Part shown: positions 42,805-52,772 of the stretch, in pieces
Layout: each line of letters begins with the position of its first letter
Position numbering within the stretch: position 1 is the stretch's first letter
Assembly: GCA_000002435.2 (NCBI GenBank)
Contig: CM018792.1
Reading direction: 5' to 3' (one strand)
From: Giardia intestinalis
Taxonomy: Eukaryota
Length of the DNA: 64,000 nt
Notes under the pieces: generated by a model
What the model was told of the DNA's origin: nothing
What the model saw: the letters and a program-made list of their open reading frames with translations, nothing else
The model's database searches: none
Made by a program: the position numbers and the translations under genes

Positions 42805-43657
42805 ACCGAATGAGCCCATCCCTGGGACCTGTCGACAACGATCGAGGGGGGGGCAAAGACTGGACACACAACCGAGTTGAATCCCAACCAGTGGAGAGAG
42901 CCCCGCTAGCTGCTGCTGATCTACATGGACAGTATCGAAAATGACAACAAAGACCAGAGCTTCACCCACCATGAAGGGAGAACAAGGAGAGGCACCCTCA
43001 GTAGAACAGTGAGTCCGTAAGAAAACCTCGAAAAGATCGATGTGCACGCCCGCGGAACAGCCGAGGAACGCGAGACCCCAGATCCACACGTGGAGGGGAC
43101 CCCTCTTTGCCACCGCTGTGGCTATCACTGCGACCCACGACCACCCTTCGCCTCCGGGCTGGCCGGGAATTGAGCGAGGCTTACCCGTGAGACTTCTGGA
43201 CCACGCCGCAGGCAGGCCCCAGCGGCACGCCACCGCCCGGACGCGACTGATGCGCCGGAAGTAGTCGAAAACCGCCCTCGGTGGAAAGAGTAAACCTCCT
43301 CACACAGACAGGCAGGGCCCTCTCGGATGTTTACGGAGATGGACAAGCCGCCTGCTGTGTCTCTTTTGCCACGGTCTATAACGAGGGAGGATGAGGGGCC
43401 CTCCGCGAATGGCAGGGTGGCGTCGTTCAGAAGATGGCCACTGTAGGGCTCCGCGCTGCAAGACAATGGGCCACACAAGTGGTCGGGTGATCATCATTGT
43501 GTCTAGATTGTGAGGGGTGAAGCAACATTCAAGAAGACTAGTGGATCCCGTTTTATTACTGATCGCCAAGCAGGCTACCATACTCCGCGGTGTGTCAGTC
43601 ACACGGATTGGCTGAACGTACCGCGATTCTTTTCCTATCAATTTATCAGATTGGTTA

Positions 43658-45883
43658 ATGTTCGGTAGTTTTATATTCGCGGGCCTAGCCATCCAGATTG
43701 CATGGGCAGAAAAAGTAGCAGAGCACGTGCGGGAAGTTCAATGCGCAGATAACACTAATTGTGCAGCAGACGCATGTAACGTTCTGATTGGCGATAAGCT
43801 GTACTGTTCTCAATGTGACGCAGGATCTGTTCCTATCAATGGAAAATGTGTAGGCAAAGATGGTGCAACAGATAAGTGTAAAGATAGCTCCGGAGGCAAT
43901 ACAGCCGATCAGACCTGTGGACAGTGCGCTGGTCAGACTTTCATGTACAAGGGCGGGTGTTACGAAGCAGCCCAGCAGCCCGGACAGACCATGTGCACGC
44001 AAGCCTCTGAGGGAAAATGCACACAAGCCGCGCAAGGATACTTCGTGCCACCGGGCGCAGATGTCTCTCACCAGTCGGTTATACCGTGCGGAGACGCGAC
44101 GGGCATAACGCTTGGCGATAAGACATACACGGGCGTGGCCGGGTGCACTACCTGTGACGGGTCTGCACTGACGAGCCAAGCTAATGGAGTTGCTAAGTGT
44201 ACTGCGTGCGGCCCTGATGCGCAGCAAACCGCGAGGATTGTTAAGACGGACGGGGGCGCGACGTCGTGTGTGACGGAACAGGAGTGCACCGGCACTGAAG
44301 GGTTCTTCGTCGATACAACGGGCGGTAAAAAATGCAGCAAGTGCGCTGAGACATGCAAGACCTGTAAGACTGGGGCTGCGAAGTGCACCTCCTGCAAGGA
44401 TGACAAGCCGTACCTAAAGAAGGATGACGAGTCCACAACTGGCACGTGCGTTGACGCAAACGGCTGCCCGGCAACTCATTACGTTGATAAGGAAGCAAAG
44501 GAGTGCAACACCTGCGCTTCCGGAGGGACGGTGGACTGCGCCACTTGTGAGAAAGGCCCCACCGGAGTGGTTTGCAAGACGTGCGGGCCTAATAAGAAGA
44601 TCCAGCCAAACAAGAAGGGGTGCGTTGAAAGCTGCCCCTTGAACTCCAACGAGGAAAAGACCTCTGGCGTTTGTGAGTGCGTCGAGGGCTACGTTCCCGA
44701 CAACGCGGGCACCGGGTGCACGAAGAAATCCGACCCCCAGTGCAACACCCCCGGCTGCAAGACATGCAGTGAGCCGAAGACAAGCAAGGAGGTGTGCACA
44801 GAGTGCGAGGGCACTAAGGCCCTCACGCCCACGGGCCAGTGCATCGATAACTGCGGAGATCTGGGAGGCTACTACGCGGGCACCAACGAGGGGGGCAAGA
44901 AGGCCTGCAAGAAGTGCGAGGTCGAGAACTGCCTCCTGTGCAACGAGAACGGACAGTGTGATACCTGCAAGGACGGATATTACAAGAGCGGAGCCGCCTG
45001 TGCCAAGTGCGATACCTCGTGTAAGACGTGCGCGAACGGGAACTCCAACGGGTGTACGAGCTGCGAGCCTAAGAAGGCCCTCAGCTACGAAGGAGAGGGC
45101 AACACGGGGACGTGCAAACCAGGATGCGAGCCAAATGCTAACAACTGCGAGAAGTGCGAGCTGACGGTCAATGGCACGGCCTACTGCTCCAAGTGCAAGG
45201 ACGCCGGCCAGTTTCCGCAGAACGGAGTCTGCTCGGCGGCGGCCGGAAAGGCCATTACGTGCACTACTCAAGGAAGTGGTGTTTGCAATAAATGCGCCAA
45301 CGGGCTTCTTCGTATGAACGGGGGCTGCTATGAGACGACCAAGTTCCCCGGAAAGAGCGTCTGCTTAGCCGCAGCAGAAGCGAGCGATGCTTGTCAGACT
45401 CCGGCCGACGGGTACAAGCTGGATAACGGCGCGCTCACCACTTGCTCGGCCGGATGTAAGACGTGCACCAGCCAGGACCAGTGCGACACGTGCAAGGCTG
45501 GATATGCTAAGACTGGCGGTAACACTCAGAAGTGTGTTCCCTGCGCCACTGGGTGCTCCGAGTGCAATGCGAACGATGCCACCAAGTGCACGGTGTGCGC
45601 TGCAGGGTACTACCTGTCCAAAGAAAAGTGCATAGCATGCGACAAGAGCGACGGGGGATCCATCACCGGCGTCGCCAACTGCGCTAGCTGCGCCCCTCCA
45701 TCGGCTGGTAGTGGCTCCGTCCTCTGCTACCTCATAAAAGATGGTGACAGTACCGACGGAAGCACGAACAAGAGCGGCCTTTCTACCGGTGCCATCGCGG
45801 GGATCTCTGTCGCAGTCATTGTCGTCGTCGGAGGCCTTGTGGGCTTCCTCTGCTGGTGGTTCATCTGCAGAGGGAAGGCGTAG
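43658..45883 (+). CDS. vsp: Variant-specific surface protein (VSP), 741 aa, right-arm copy. Its amino-acid sequence is identical to the left-arm vsp.
   Basis: The features match those of 37586-39811, including the CRGKA terminus. It is transcribed away from the palindrome centre. Confidence 0.92.
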   Translation: MFGSFIFAGLAIQIAWAEKVAEHVREVQCADNTNCAADACNVLIGDKLYCSQCDAGSVPINGKCVGKDGATDKCKDSSGGNTADQTCGQCAGQTFMYKGGCYEAAQQPGQTMCTQASEGKCTQAAQGYFVPPGADVSHQSVIPCGDATGITLGDKTYTGVAGCTTCDGSALTSQANGVAKCTACGPDAQQTARIVKTDGGATSCVTEQECTGTEGFFVDTTGGKKCSKCAETCKTCKTGAAKCTSCKDDKPYLKKDDESTTGTCVDANGCPATHYVDKEAKECNTCASGGTVDCATCEKGPTGVVCKTCGPNKKIQPNKKGCVESCPLNSNEEKTSGVCECVEGYVPDNAGTGCTKKSDPQCNTPGCKTCSEPKTSKEVCTECEGTKALTPTGQCIDNCGDLGGYYAGTNEGGKKACKKCEVENCLLCNENGQCDTCKDGYYKSGAACAKCDTSCKTCANGNSNGCTSCEPKKALSYEGEGNTGTCKPGCEPNANNCEKCELTVNGTAYCSKCKDAGQFPQNGVCSAAAGKAITCTTQGSGVCNKCANGLLRMNGGCYETTKFPGKSVCLAAAEASDACQTPADGYKLDNGALTTCSAGCKTCTSQDQCDTCKAGYAKTGGNTQKCVPCATGCSECNANDATKCTVCAAGYYLSKEKCIACDKSDGGSITGVANCASCAPPSAGSGSVLCYLIKDGDSTDGSTNKSGLSTGAIAGISVAVIVVVGGLVGFLCWWFICRGKA

Positions 45884-45887
45884 ATGT

Positions 45888-45902
45888 ACTTAGGTAGTAA
45901 AC
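45888..45902 (+). terminator. Extended vsp polyadenylation motif ACTYAGRTAGTRAAY (ACTTAGGTAGTAAAC), 3' of the right-arm vsp.
   Basis: The sequence reads tag atgt ACTTAGGTAGTAAAC gcg, starting 5 nt after the stop codon. Confidence 0.75.
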
Positions 45903-48900
45903 GCGTTGCTGTGCGTAGCCTGTGATACTCAACCCACTACGGACCCCTGCACAACGCGCAGGGAAGCAGAAAATCCAAAAACAAGCGGTGATGCCGCCCC
46001 ATGTGCCTGCTGCCTCGCGGTCAATCAGAGGACGGCTCGGGTGCCTCTGCTGACCCTCAGCCCCACTGCCGGCTCCTTTCCTGGTGGCTCTACATCCCTG
46101 GAGAGCCAGCCTCCACGCCTTCCCTGTACGAGTCGGGTCTCTGCGGACCCCCGTGCATCGGCGCTCTCCTCTCAGCCTCTGTAGTACTCTCATCCCTTTG
46201 GATTATGTCTGCGACTCCCGGCTGTCATGGGGAATCGCACTCAAGGACAGTCCCTTGCAAGATCCCGAAAGAAGGTTACAGTGGTCGCTAGGGTCCATGA
46301 AAGGTGTGAATCAGCATAGAGTAGCTCGTGAGACCCTCTGATCTATTGGGAATGCATGGCGCTATTTCTGATCTTTTGTAATGAATACTTTAAGACACTC
46401 CATCACCTGACAAGGTGCCAGGGGGCTCGGAAGGCAGCCAGCCCTCCCAGATCTGGACAAGAGGGAAGAACCACCCAAAGCGTGCTGCCTCCTGAGCCAG
46501 TAAGCCAGGACTCATATCACCCCAGATCATCATAGTGCTACCGCTGTCCACTATGGAGGCACTCTGACCCACGGTGCCTGAGGTTGTTGGTGCAGGCGAC
46601 AAAGGAGTCTCTTATTAGGTACCATCAGTGGAAGGAGCGGGGCCTGGGTGTCGTGTCCCTCTGCCAGTGATCGGCACCCTTTGTTGTGGGTACTAGAGTG
46701 GCGGGATCTCCCACCCGCTGACAAGGAGCTGGGAGATCTTCGCTTGTCATCCTCAACCCGGGCTGCGGCTGGCCCTGGGCAGATAGACAATGAGCACAGG
46801 GATCCCGTCCCCCGTCGTAAACCACGCCACACGGAGAGGGCGTAGTAGCTCGGTGCATCTCCCTACGTTACACGGCGCAAAGAAGAACGGCCCTTTGGTG
46901 CGTAGCTCTGGGAGCCTGCAGAGCCCAACCGAGGGGACCACATCCTGGTGCTGACTTCTGATACGGTTCGGTAGAGGCCAGCTCGATGCTCGCAAGCTTG
47001 TGAGAAGCACCAGGGCCGGCACATGCACCTGGACAGCAACGCAGACACACATCTCGGATGCAACTCCGCTAAGGATCTTGCGAGGGGTCGGCCTGGGTCA
47101 GTGGTGGAAGGACTTGTGCGCAAGCGCTCCATGCATCAGGGCCACTCGAAACCACGAAAGCTCGGCGGCGCTGGCGCACATGTGAACGCGTGGCGGCCTA
47201 CGGGTGGAAAGGCTGGGCGCGCATAGCAACACGCCTATGAGAGCTATGCACAGCGCAGTGATCCGGCTGACTTCTCTTGTAATACGGAGCATCGGCTGCG
47301 GGCATGTGCTCTTGAAGAGTGGGGGGCATCCAGATGAGTAGTGCAGACGTGAGTGCAACTGGCGGCGCTCAGAGTATGCATTGAGTGGACAAGTAGGGGA
47401 CAAGAGCTTATGGCACCACCTGGTCGATGGATGGCTCAAGATGTGTAACGTATAGCAATCCTTCGACAGGAGGTGATGATTGCCCGACAGATGCCAGAAC
47501 AGATGTGTAGATTGGGGGCCCTGGTGGTGGTCTGCCACAGGAGGACGCAGGCAGTATCCGTCTGGATAATAGATACGCTGACTGTCACCGGTTTGCACAG
47601 TACACCCCTACAATCGATCATCTCACCGTGTGTGAGGAAGAGATGAGGCTCCTCGAATTTAGAATAAGTGGACCTTCAGTAAACTCTGCTCTGCTGCAAA
47701 TGCATAAAATCAAAAAGCAGCCTCCAACTCATCTGCAAGTTCTACGGCCTTTCCACGCTTAGGAGCCGAGGAGGCACTACAGGTGTCCCTGCTGTAATCC
47801 GGACTAATGGCTAGTCTCTGTAGCCCCAGCCTTACCCCACTAGCCCGCCGGGCACATCTACGCTTTCTGTGCGAACCGACTCTCCGGGAACCGCCATGCA
47901 CGGATAGTCTTCCGAGCACTTAGAAGACACCATCCTCTACTGAGGCGTGTCATCAAGGGCCAGGTACTAAGGCGAGGATGGCCAGAGACAGACCCCTCGC
48001 AGTCCTGTTCAACATTAGCAGCGAGCATGCAAACGAGTGTGCGGTCTTGACGTGCACTGTGATCCAGGTGCCTGGCAGGCTGGGCCCATAGAAGCTAGTG
48101 TGCAGGCCCCGTCGCTAGCCTGTACACAAGCCGTGGTCCACATCGAAGGACAGCGGAGGATTCTGCAGCCCCTTCTGGGTGTACAGCCGTCACTATGGAG
48201 CGCGGCGAGCAGGCATCTGCACAGAGGTCGCGGGCTCGCTTAGAGGCGTGTAGACAGCCGACGCCCCGCCTTGTTGCAATGAGAGCTCGGAGATCAGGCA
48301 GCCGCTCCACCCATCGGCCATCATGTGAATATACACGCACCGTCAGAGAAGACCACTACAGTGCCTAGGCGACACCCCAAGCGTATGCGCCCCCGCTATA
48401 ATAAACAAGTGGCAGACAGACCAGCAGCGGAAGCAGCAGGGGTATGCCGAGCTGGTGTAGGGCGCATGGTTAGAACCACAGCTCTCTGGGACAAAGACAG
48501 TGCACTGCTCGGACACCCCGTTGCATCCGTCCGTGCTATTCGTAGGCTGCAGCGCCTGGCAGGCCCTCAACTAGCATAGCGCGCCCTCGAGCCGCGCACC
48601 CAGCATGCAGGGCCAGGACGGCTGACCCTATGCGAAGAGGCGCCCTCCCAGGAAGACGACAGTCGCCATCGCCGCCCAAGTTTTTTAGCATTCAAACGCG
48701 GGCCCGATGATCACGCTGGCTTCCCTGGCTTTTGCACTGCCTGTCGAGCCTGGCTTCTGGCCGGCCTGGGATGGCTGACAGGAGCGTACAGGTCGGTGCC
48801 CTGGTTGCCGGGCCCAGCCTTCCATCCGCACTTGATGCTGAGCGATAACCCGAGCGGCGCAAGTGGTCTTCTTCGCTCTACATGCAGTGAGCCGCCCGGA

Positions 48901-51131
48901 CGGATGCACGACCGGCCGTCTGCCTCTGCTCTGCTTCTGGCCACCAGGAGGCCCTGGCTCGAGTGCGTGTCACGGGGCGCTGCCCGCAATGACAGGGGCA
49001 GCACATCACTTCTCGGGCCTTCCAGCCCATCAGCAGGTGATCCTCAGAGCGCACTTAGAGTCCGGGCAGACACACCGGCACGGACCCAGCCGCATTGCGA
49101 TGCCGCGATCTACCACGGACACTGCAGCCTCCGCAGTCACCCATTCTGCCTGTCTTCTGTCTAAGAGAAGAGACGCCGTGTTTGGCAGCGCCCGTGACTT
49201 ACCGCAACGGGCCAGTTTCCCAGCATATCTTGCCGGATGCCTCCCTTATACCGCACTGCCCTATTCTTCCTTACGACGAAGAGAACTCTGAGGTCCTGAC
49301 CCAGACGGAGCCCATTCCCATAACTTTGCTGCACTCATTGTCAGGCCCGTCACCACAGAGCGTCCACGCTGCGTCACTCTGGGCCTCGTCACCGATGTGG
49401 CCTCAGCTTGCAGGCCAGACGCCCATGGGCTCACAAGCCTCGCCTCCTGCATGCCCTAGAGACGGCCGGTGCCCTGTCCCGTCGCCTGGCGCAACGTCGG
49501 GCTCCATCAAGCGCGGCTGAAGAGGCCCGGGTCGACCCGCCGGCTGTACTGGCTGTGGCCACTATTCCTGCTTGCTGGGGTCTTCACTTCCGGGTACAGC
49601 AAGCTCTCTACCCAGCCCGGGCCCGACACTGCCAAGCCCCCAAGCCTGAGTCCCCCTCTCCACGAGAACGTGCCAGGTGTTTCCTGATAGCGCCCGTCAG
49701 TCCTGCGCTTCCTCAAAGCCATAGCCTGCACTGACCCTGGCAGTAGCGTATCCTGCAGCCAAGGGCTTCTGAGGCCTATCCCAGCGGTGGCCGTCGGGCC
49801 TCTCCAGGCCCACTCTTTCTTGACGACGCGTCCTGTAGCGCAGACACGCCGCCCCCTACCGAGCTATGTTGTGCCAGGGCGGTAGAAGAGGCAGGACCCA
49901 GAGGACGGTGAGGAGTCGGCTTCACCTGGACGAGATCACCCATCTTCCTCGCCCGAAGACTGGGGACTTGTTGTTCTCTGCCGCATTCGATGGGGCCGAC
50001 CCCTTCTCCAACTCGTACGGGGGCAGCAGTGGAGGCCGCTTCAGATTGAAACAACATGAGGGTCGTCGGCCCATTGGATGGTGCGGCTCTGGGCCAATCA
50101 CCAGGATGCAGCATCCCTGCCCCTGTACTAATAGCCGCAGAGCCTATAGAAGCCATGATGGTCAGTCACTACCCCGTGGCTCCTGCATCCTCCGGTCCGC
50201 CGACCTTACAACGTGAGCCCGCACACTAGCTTCCAGAGTGTGATGTCACCTAGTAGTTGTGTCGCCGCAGACAGAAGCCTGTGGTAGCGAATTGCATAGT
50301 AATGGGTTTGCACTCCGTGGACAGAGGCCCGCAGCATCTTCGGTGCATTAGTCGCCTCACTTCTTGTTCCCTCAGAGAGCTCTTTCTGAGGCCGCCTGTA
50401 GCATTTAAGTCCTGCGTCTTAATATGGACATCGTGTGTGTCTGATAACCTTGTACACCAATCCTAACCACGGTTCAGTGCTTAGAAATATATGAAAGATC
50501 ACCCCTTCCAAGAATACAGTAGCCTTCTGCACGTTTATGGGATATGGGAAAAGTATAATAGTTCAACGAAGTCTATACTACGGCCTACAAACCATGGAAA
50601 CTAGTAGTCATTTAAACTGCGCTTTAGAAAGGTTGGACATTTAAGACAATCTCAAAGACCTGGTTATCGTGATCAATACTCTAGAAATCCATACTTGAGC
50701 ATCGATAGACTGTTGTTCAAAGAGGAGTTGTGGCCTCAAGCTTAAGCTATTGATATTTATCAGTGTGTTTTAGGAAATCAGCTCCTTTCAACATACAAAA
50801 GAGTATAGCGAGAGCATCTTATGTAGACTCCTAATCCTTGGCGTGTAGACCGATGACTAGCGTCCCTGAAGACTTCCGTCAAGTAATCTTGCATAGCGTC
50901 AAGTCTGTACACATGGAGTCAGGTGTGATGCACCTCTTCTAGTTGCATCTGTGAGTACATTCATAAAGAGGCACTTCAGATATCTGATTGAGGCGTACCA
51001 ACTTCATCTATGCAACGGGCTCAACAGAGGAAGAAAACCTCTGAGCTCGTTATGCAACTCTCTATTTGGTACAGGTGCTATTCACTAACGAACCACTTAA
51101 TAGAGTACTTGGTTTGCAGGAAGACTTTTCA

Positions 51132-51650
51132 TCAATTAGACGCTGGCTGATATGGAGCAGAAAGGGCCCTTGCTGGGCCCACTGAGGAAACGCGAATAGA
51201 GGCGTTGCTGAGTATCAGATGCTCTTCCCAGAGGCCTGCCCGTTTACCGCCATACCTGTCGCGCTTTGACTTAGATAGGTGTTCCTCTTCCTCCTTGCAC
51301 ACCCGCGCGTCGTACCACTCGTTGTATCCAGCTGCTATCGCGTCGGATTTGCACTGGAGGAGCGCTGTCCTTCGGCGCTCTGCCTCCTGCTGCGCCCTTT
51401 CTGCGCGGTGCTTGGCGACTGCGCGGTCGTGAAAGTCGAACAAGTGCCTGCTCATGGCGATCTTGCGGGCCGCTCTGTACACCTCGCCGGCCTTTTCCGA
51501 ACGCCGCCAGAGGGCCTGGCTTCGGCGGTCCGCCGCTTCCTCGACAGAGCGCGTCCTCCGGAGGGGCTGCGCTAGCCGCGCGACAACGTGGCCGGGCAGC
51601 GGCCTCCTGAAGGGCTGGCCAGACGGGACCGTGAAGTAGCTGAACGCCAT
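51132..51650 (-). CDS. Hypothetical 172-aa protein in palindrome arm copy 2, identical to 31819-32337.
   Basis: The mirror twin of the left-arm ORF, with identical translation. Confidence 0.3.
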   Translation of the reverse strand: MAFSYFTVPSGQPFRRPLPGHVVARLAQPLRRTRSVEEAADRRSQALWRRSEKAGEVYRAARKIAMSRHLFDFHDRAVAKHRAERAQQEAERRRTALLQCKSDAIAAGYNEWYDARVCKEEEEHLSKSKRDRYGGKRAGLWEEHLILSNASIRVSSVGPARALSAPYQPASN

Positions 51651-51854
51651 CCTTTTCTTTCCACCCGGGTCAGCAGGTCAGCAGGCTCGCACCCGTCGCA
51701 GGCCTCCCGGCGCGCCCGGAGTAAGCTTTGGGGATGCCCACATTTCAGAAGTATTCAAATCCTAACTACATTACATAGTCATAATCTCAATACGAAGAAA
51801 CAGTCGGCCTACTAAGTTACCAATGGACGTACCAAGCAAGTTAATGGGAGCTAT

Positions 51855-52595
51855 TCACTTTGTGAAGGTCTTAGAAAAGTATTCCTTCTTCTTTTCGGGA
51901 TCAGGAATAATGAAGTCGTTCTTCTCAGGAGTCCAGCCGCACGGGATGACACCGCCGGTTTTATCAGCGTACTGGAAGGCCTGAATCATACGCATAGCTT
52001 CTTCGACAGAGCGACCCACAGGAAAATCGTTAATTGTAACATGGCGTACAATTCCTTTATCGGAGACGATAAACATGGCACGCAGAGCAAGACCCATTTC
52101 CTCAACGAGTATGCCAAAATCACGTGCCATCTTATGATTCGTGTCGGCGAATAGATCACATTTGCAGGGCCCGATCCCCCCGTCTGTCTTATTCTGAAGG
52201 CACCAAGCGTGGTGGCTATAAACAGTGTCTGTCGAGCCAATGATAATCTCAGTGTTATACTTCTTCTTCAGTTGCTCAGCCATAGAGGAAAAATGAATGA
52301 TCTCAGAGGGACAGACAAAGGTGAAGTCGGCTGGATAGAAGAAGATGATCAGATATTTGCCCTTGTAATCTGCAAGCTTACGCTTAGTAAACTTGAGTTC
52401 AGGGGTAAGGACCTCCACTTCAAAGTCGGGACAAGGGGTGCCTGGAATGGGAACGGAACTGGTTGTCTTGAGCTGCATGCAGACTTCTGTGTCGCCAAAC
52501 TTCTCACACTTATCAGGTATGCACGTATTCTTATTCACGGTCAGCGTACAAGCAGCCGCAAAGGCAACCGAGATAAGACATATCAGCAGTAGCAT
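51855..52595 (-). CDS. 2-Cys peroxiredoxin (thioredoxin peroxidase) with a predicted N-terminal signal peptide. The start is called at MLLLICLISVAFAAA; the ORF could extend to 52739.
   Basis: Peroxidatic Cys motif FTFVCPSEI. Resolving Cys region GGVIPCGWTP. Thioredoxin-fold core (KYLIIFFYPADF...). A hydrophobic leader lies ahead of the catalytic domain. Confidence 0.8.
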   Translation of the reverse strand: MLLLICLISVAFAAACTLTVNKNTCIPDKCEKFGDTEVCMQLKTTSSVPIPGTPCPDFEVEVLTPELKFTKRKLADYKGKYLIIFFYPADFTFVCPSEIIHFSSMAEQLKKKYNTEIIIGSTDTVYSHHAWCLQNKTDGGIGPCKCDLFADTNHKMARDFGILVEEMGLALRAMFIVSDKGIVRHVTINDFPVGRSVEEAMRMIQAFQYADKTGGVIPCGWTPEKNDFIIPDPEKKKEYFSKTFTK

Positions 52596-52772
52596 TTTTA
52601 TTGGGCCTTTTTCGTGTAAATTACTTCCAGCTTCATTCTTTAACACGATACTGCATCTGCGCCTTCGTCTCCCCCTCCTCTCACAATAGTGCCCCTTCCT
52701 GCATAATGCTAACTGCTTTGCAAGAGCCTGTAGTGTCACATATATCTTAGAGGTATATGCTTAAAATATAAC

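Larger units (their letters stand above)
43047..51729. repeat. Right arm (~8.7 kb) of the inverted repeat. It is the reverse complement of 31740-40422.
   Basis: The content and order mirror the left arm: vsp (+), then the GC-rich tract, then the 172-aa ORF (-). At least 6 single-base differences from the left arm are visible through changed ORF translations. Confidence 0.9.

Noticed and set aside
31740-51729. Possibility that the whole palindrome is an assembly artefact (a fold-back chimera).
   Set aside because: I did not reject the palindrome. The at least 6 substitutions between arms and the distinct unique junction sequences on each side argue for two physical copies. The artefact possibility is nonetheless kept as the main refutation test.
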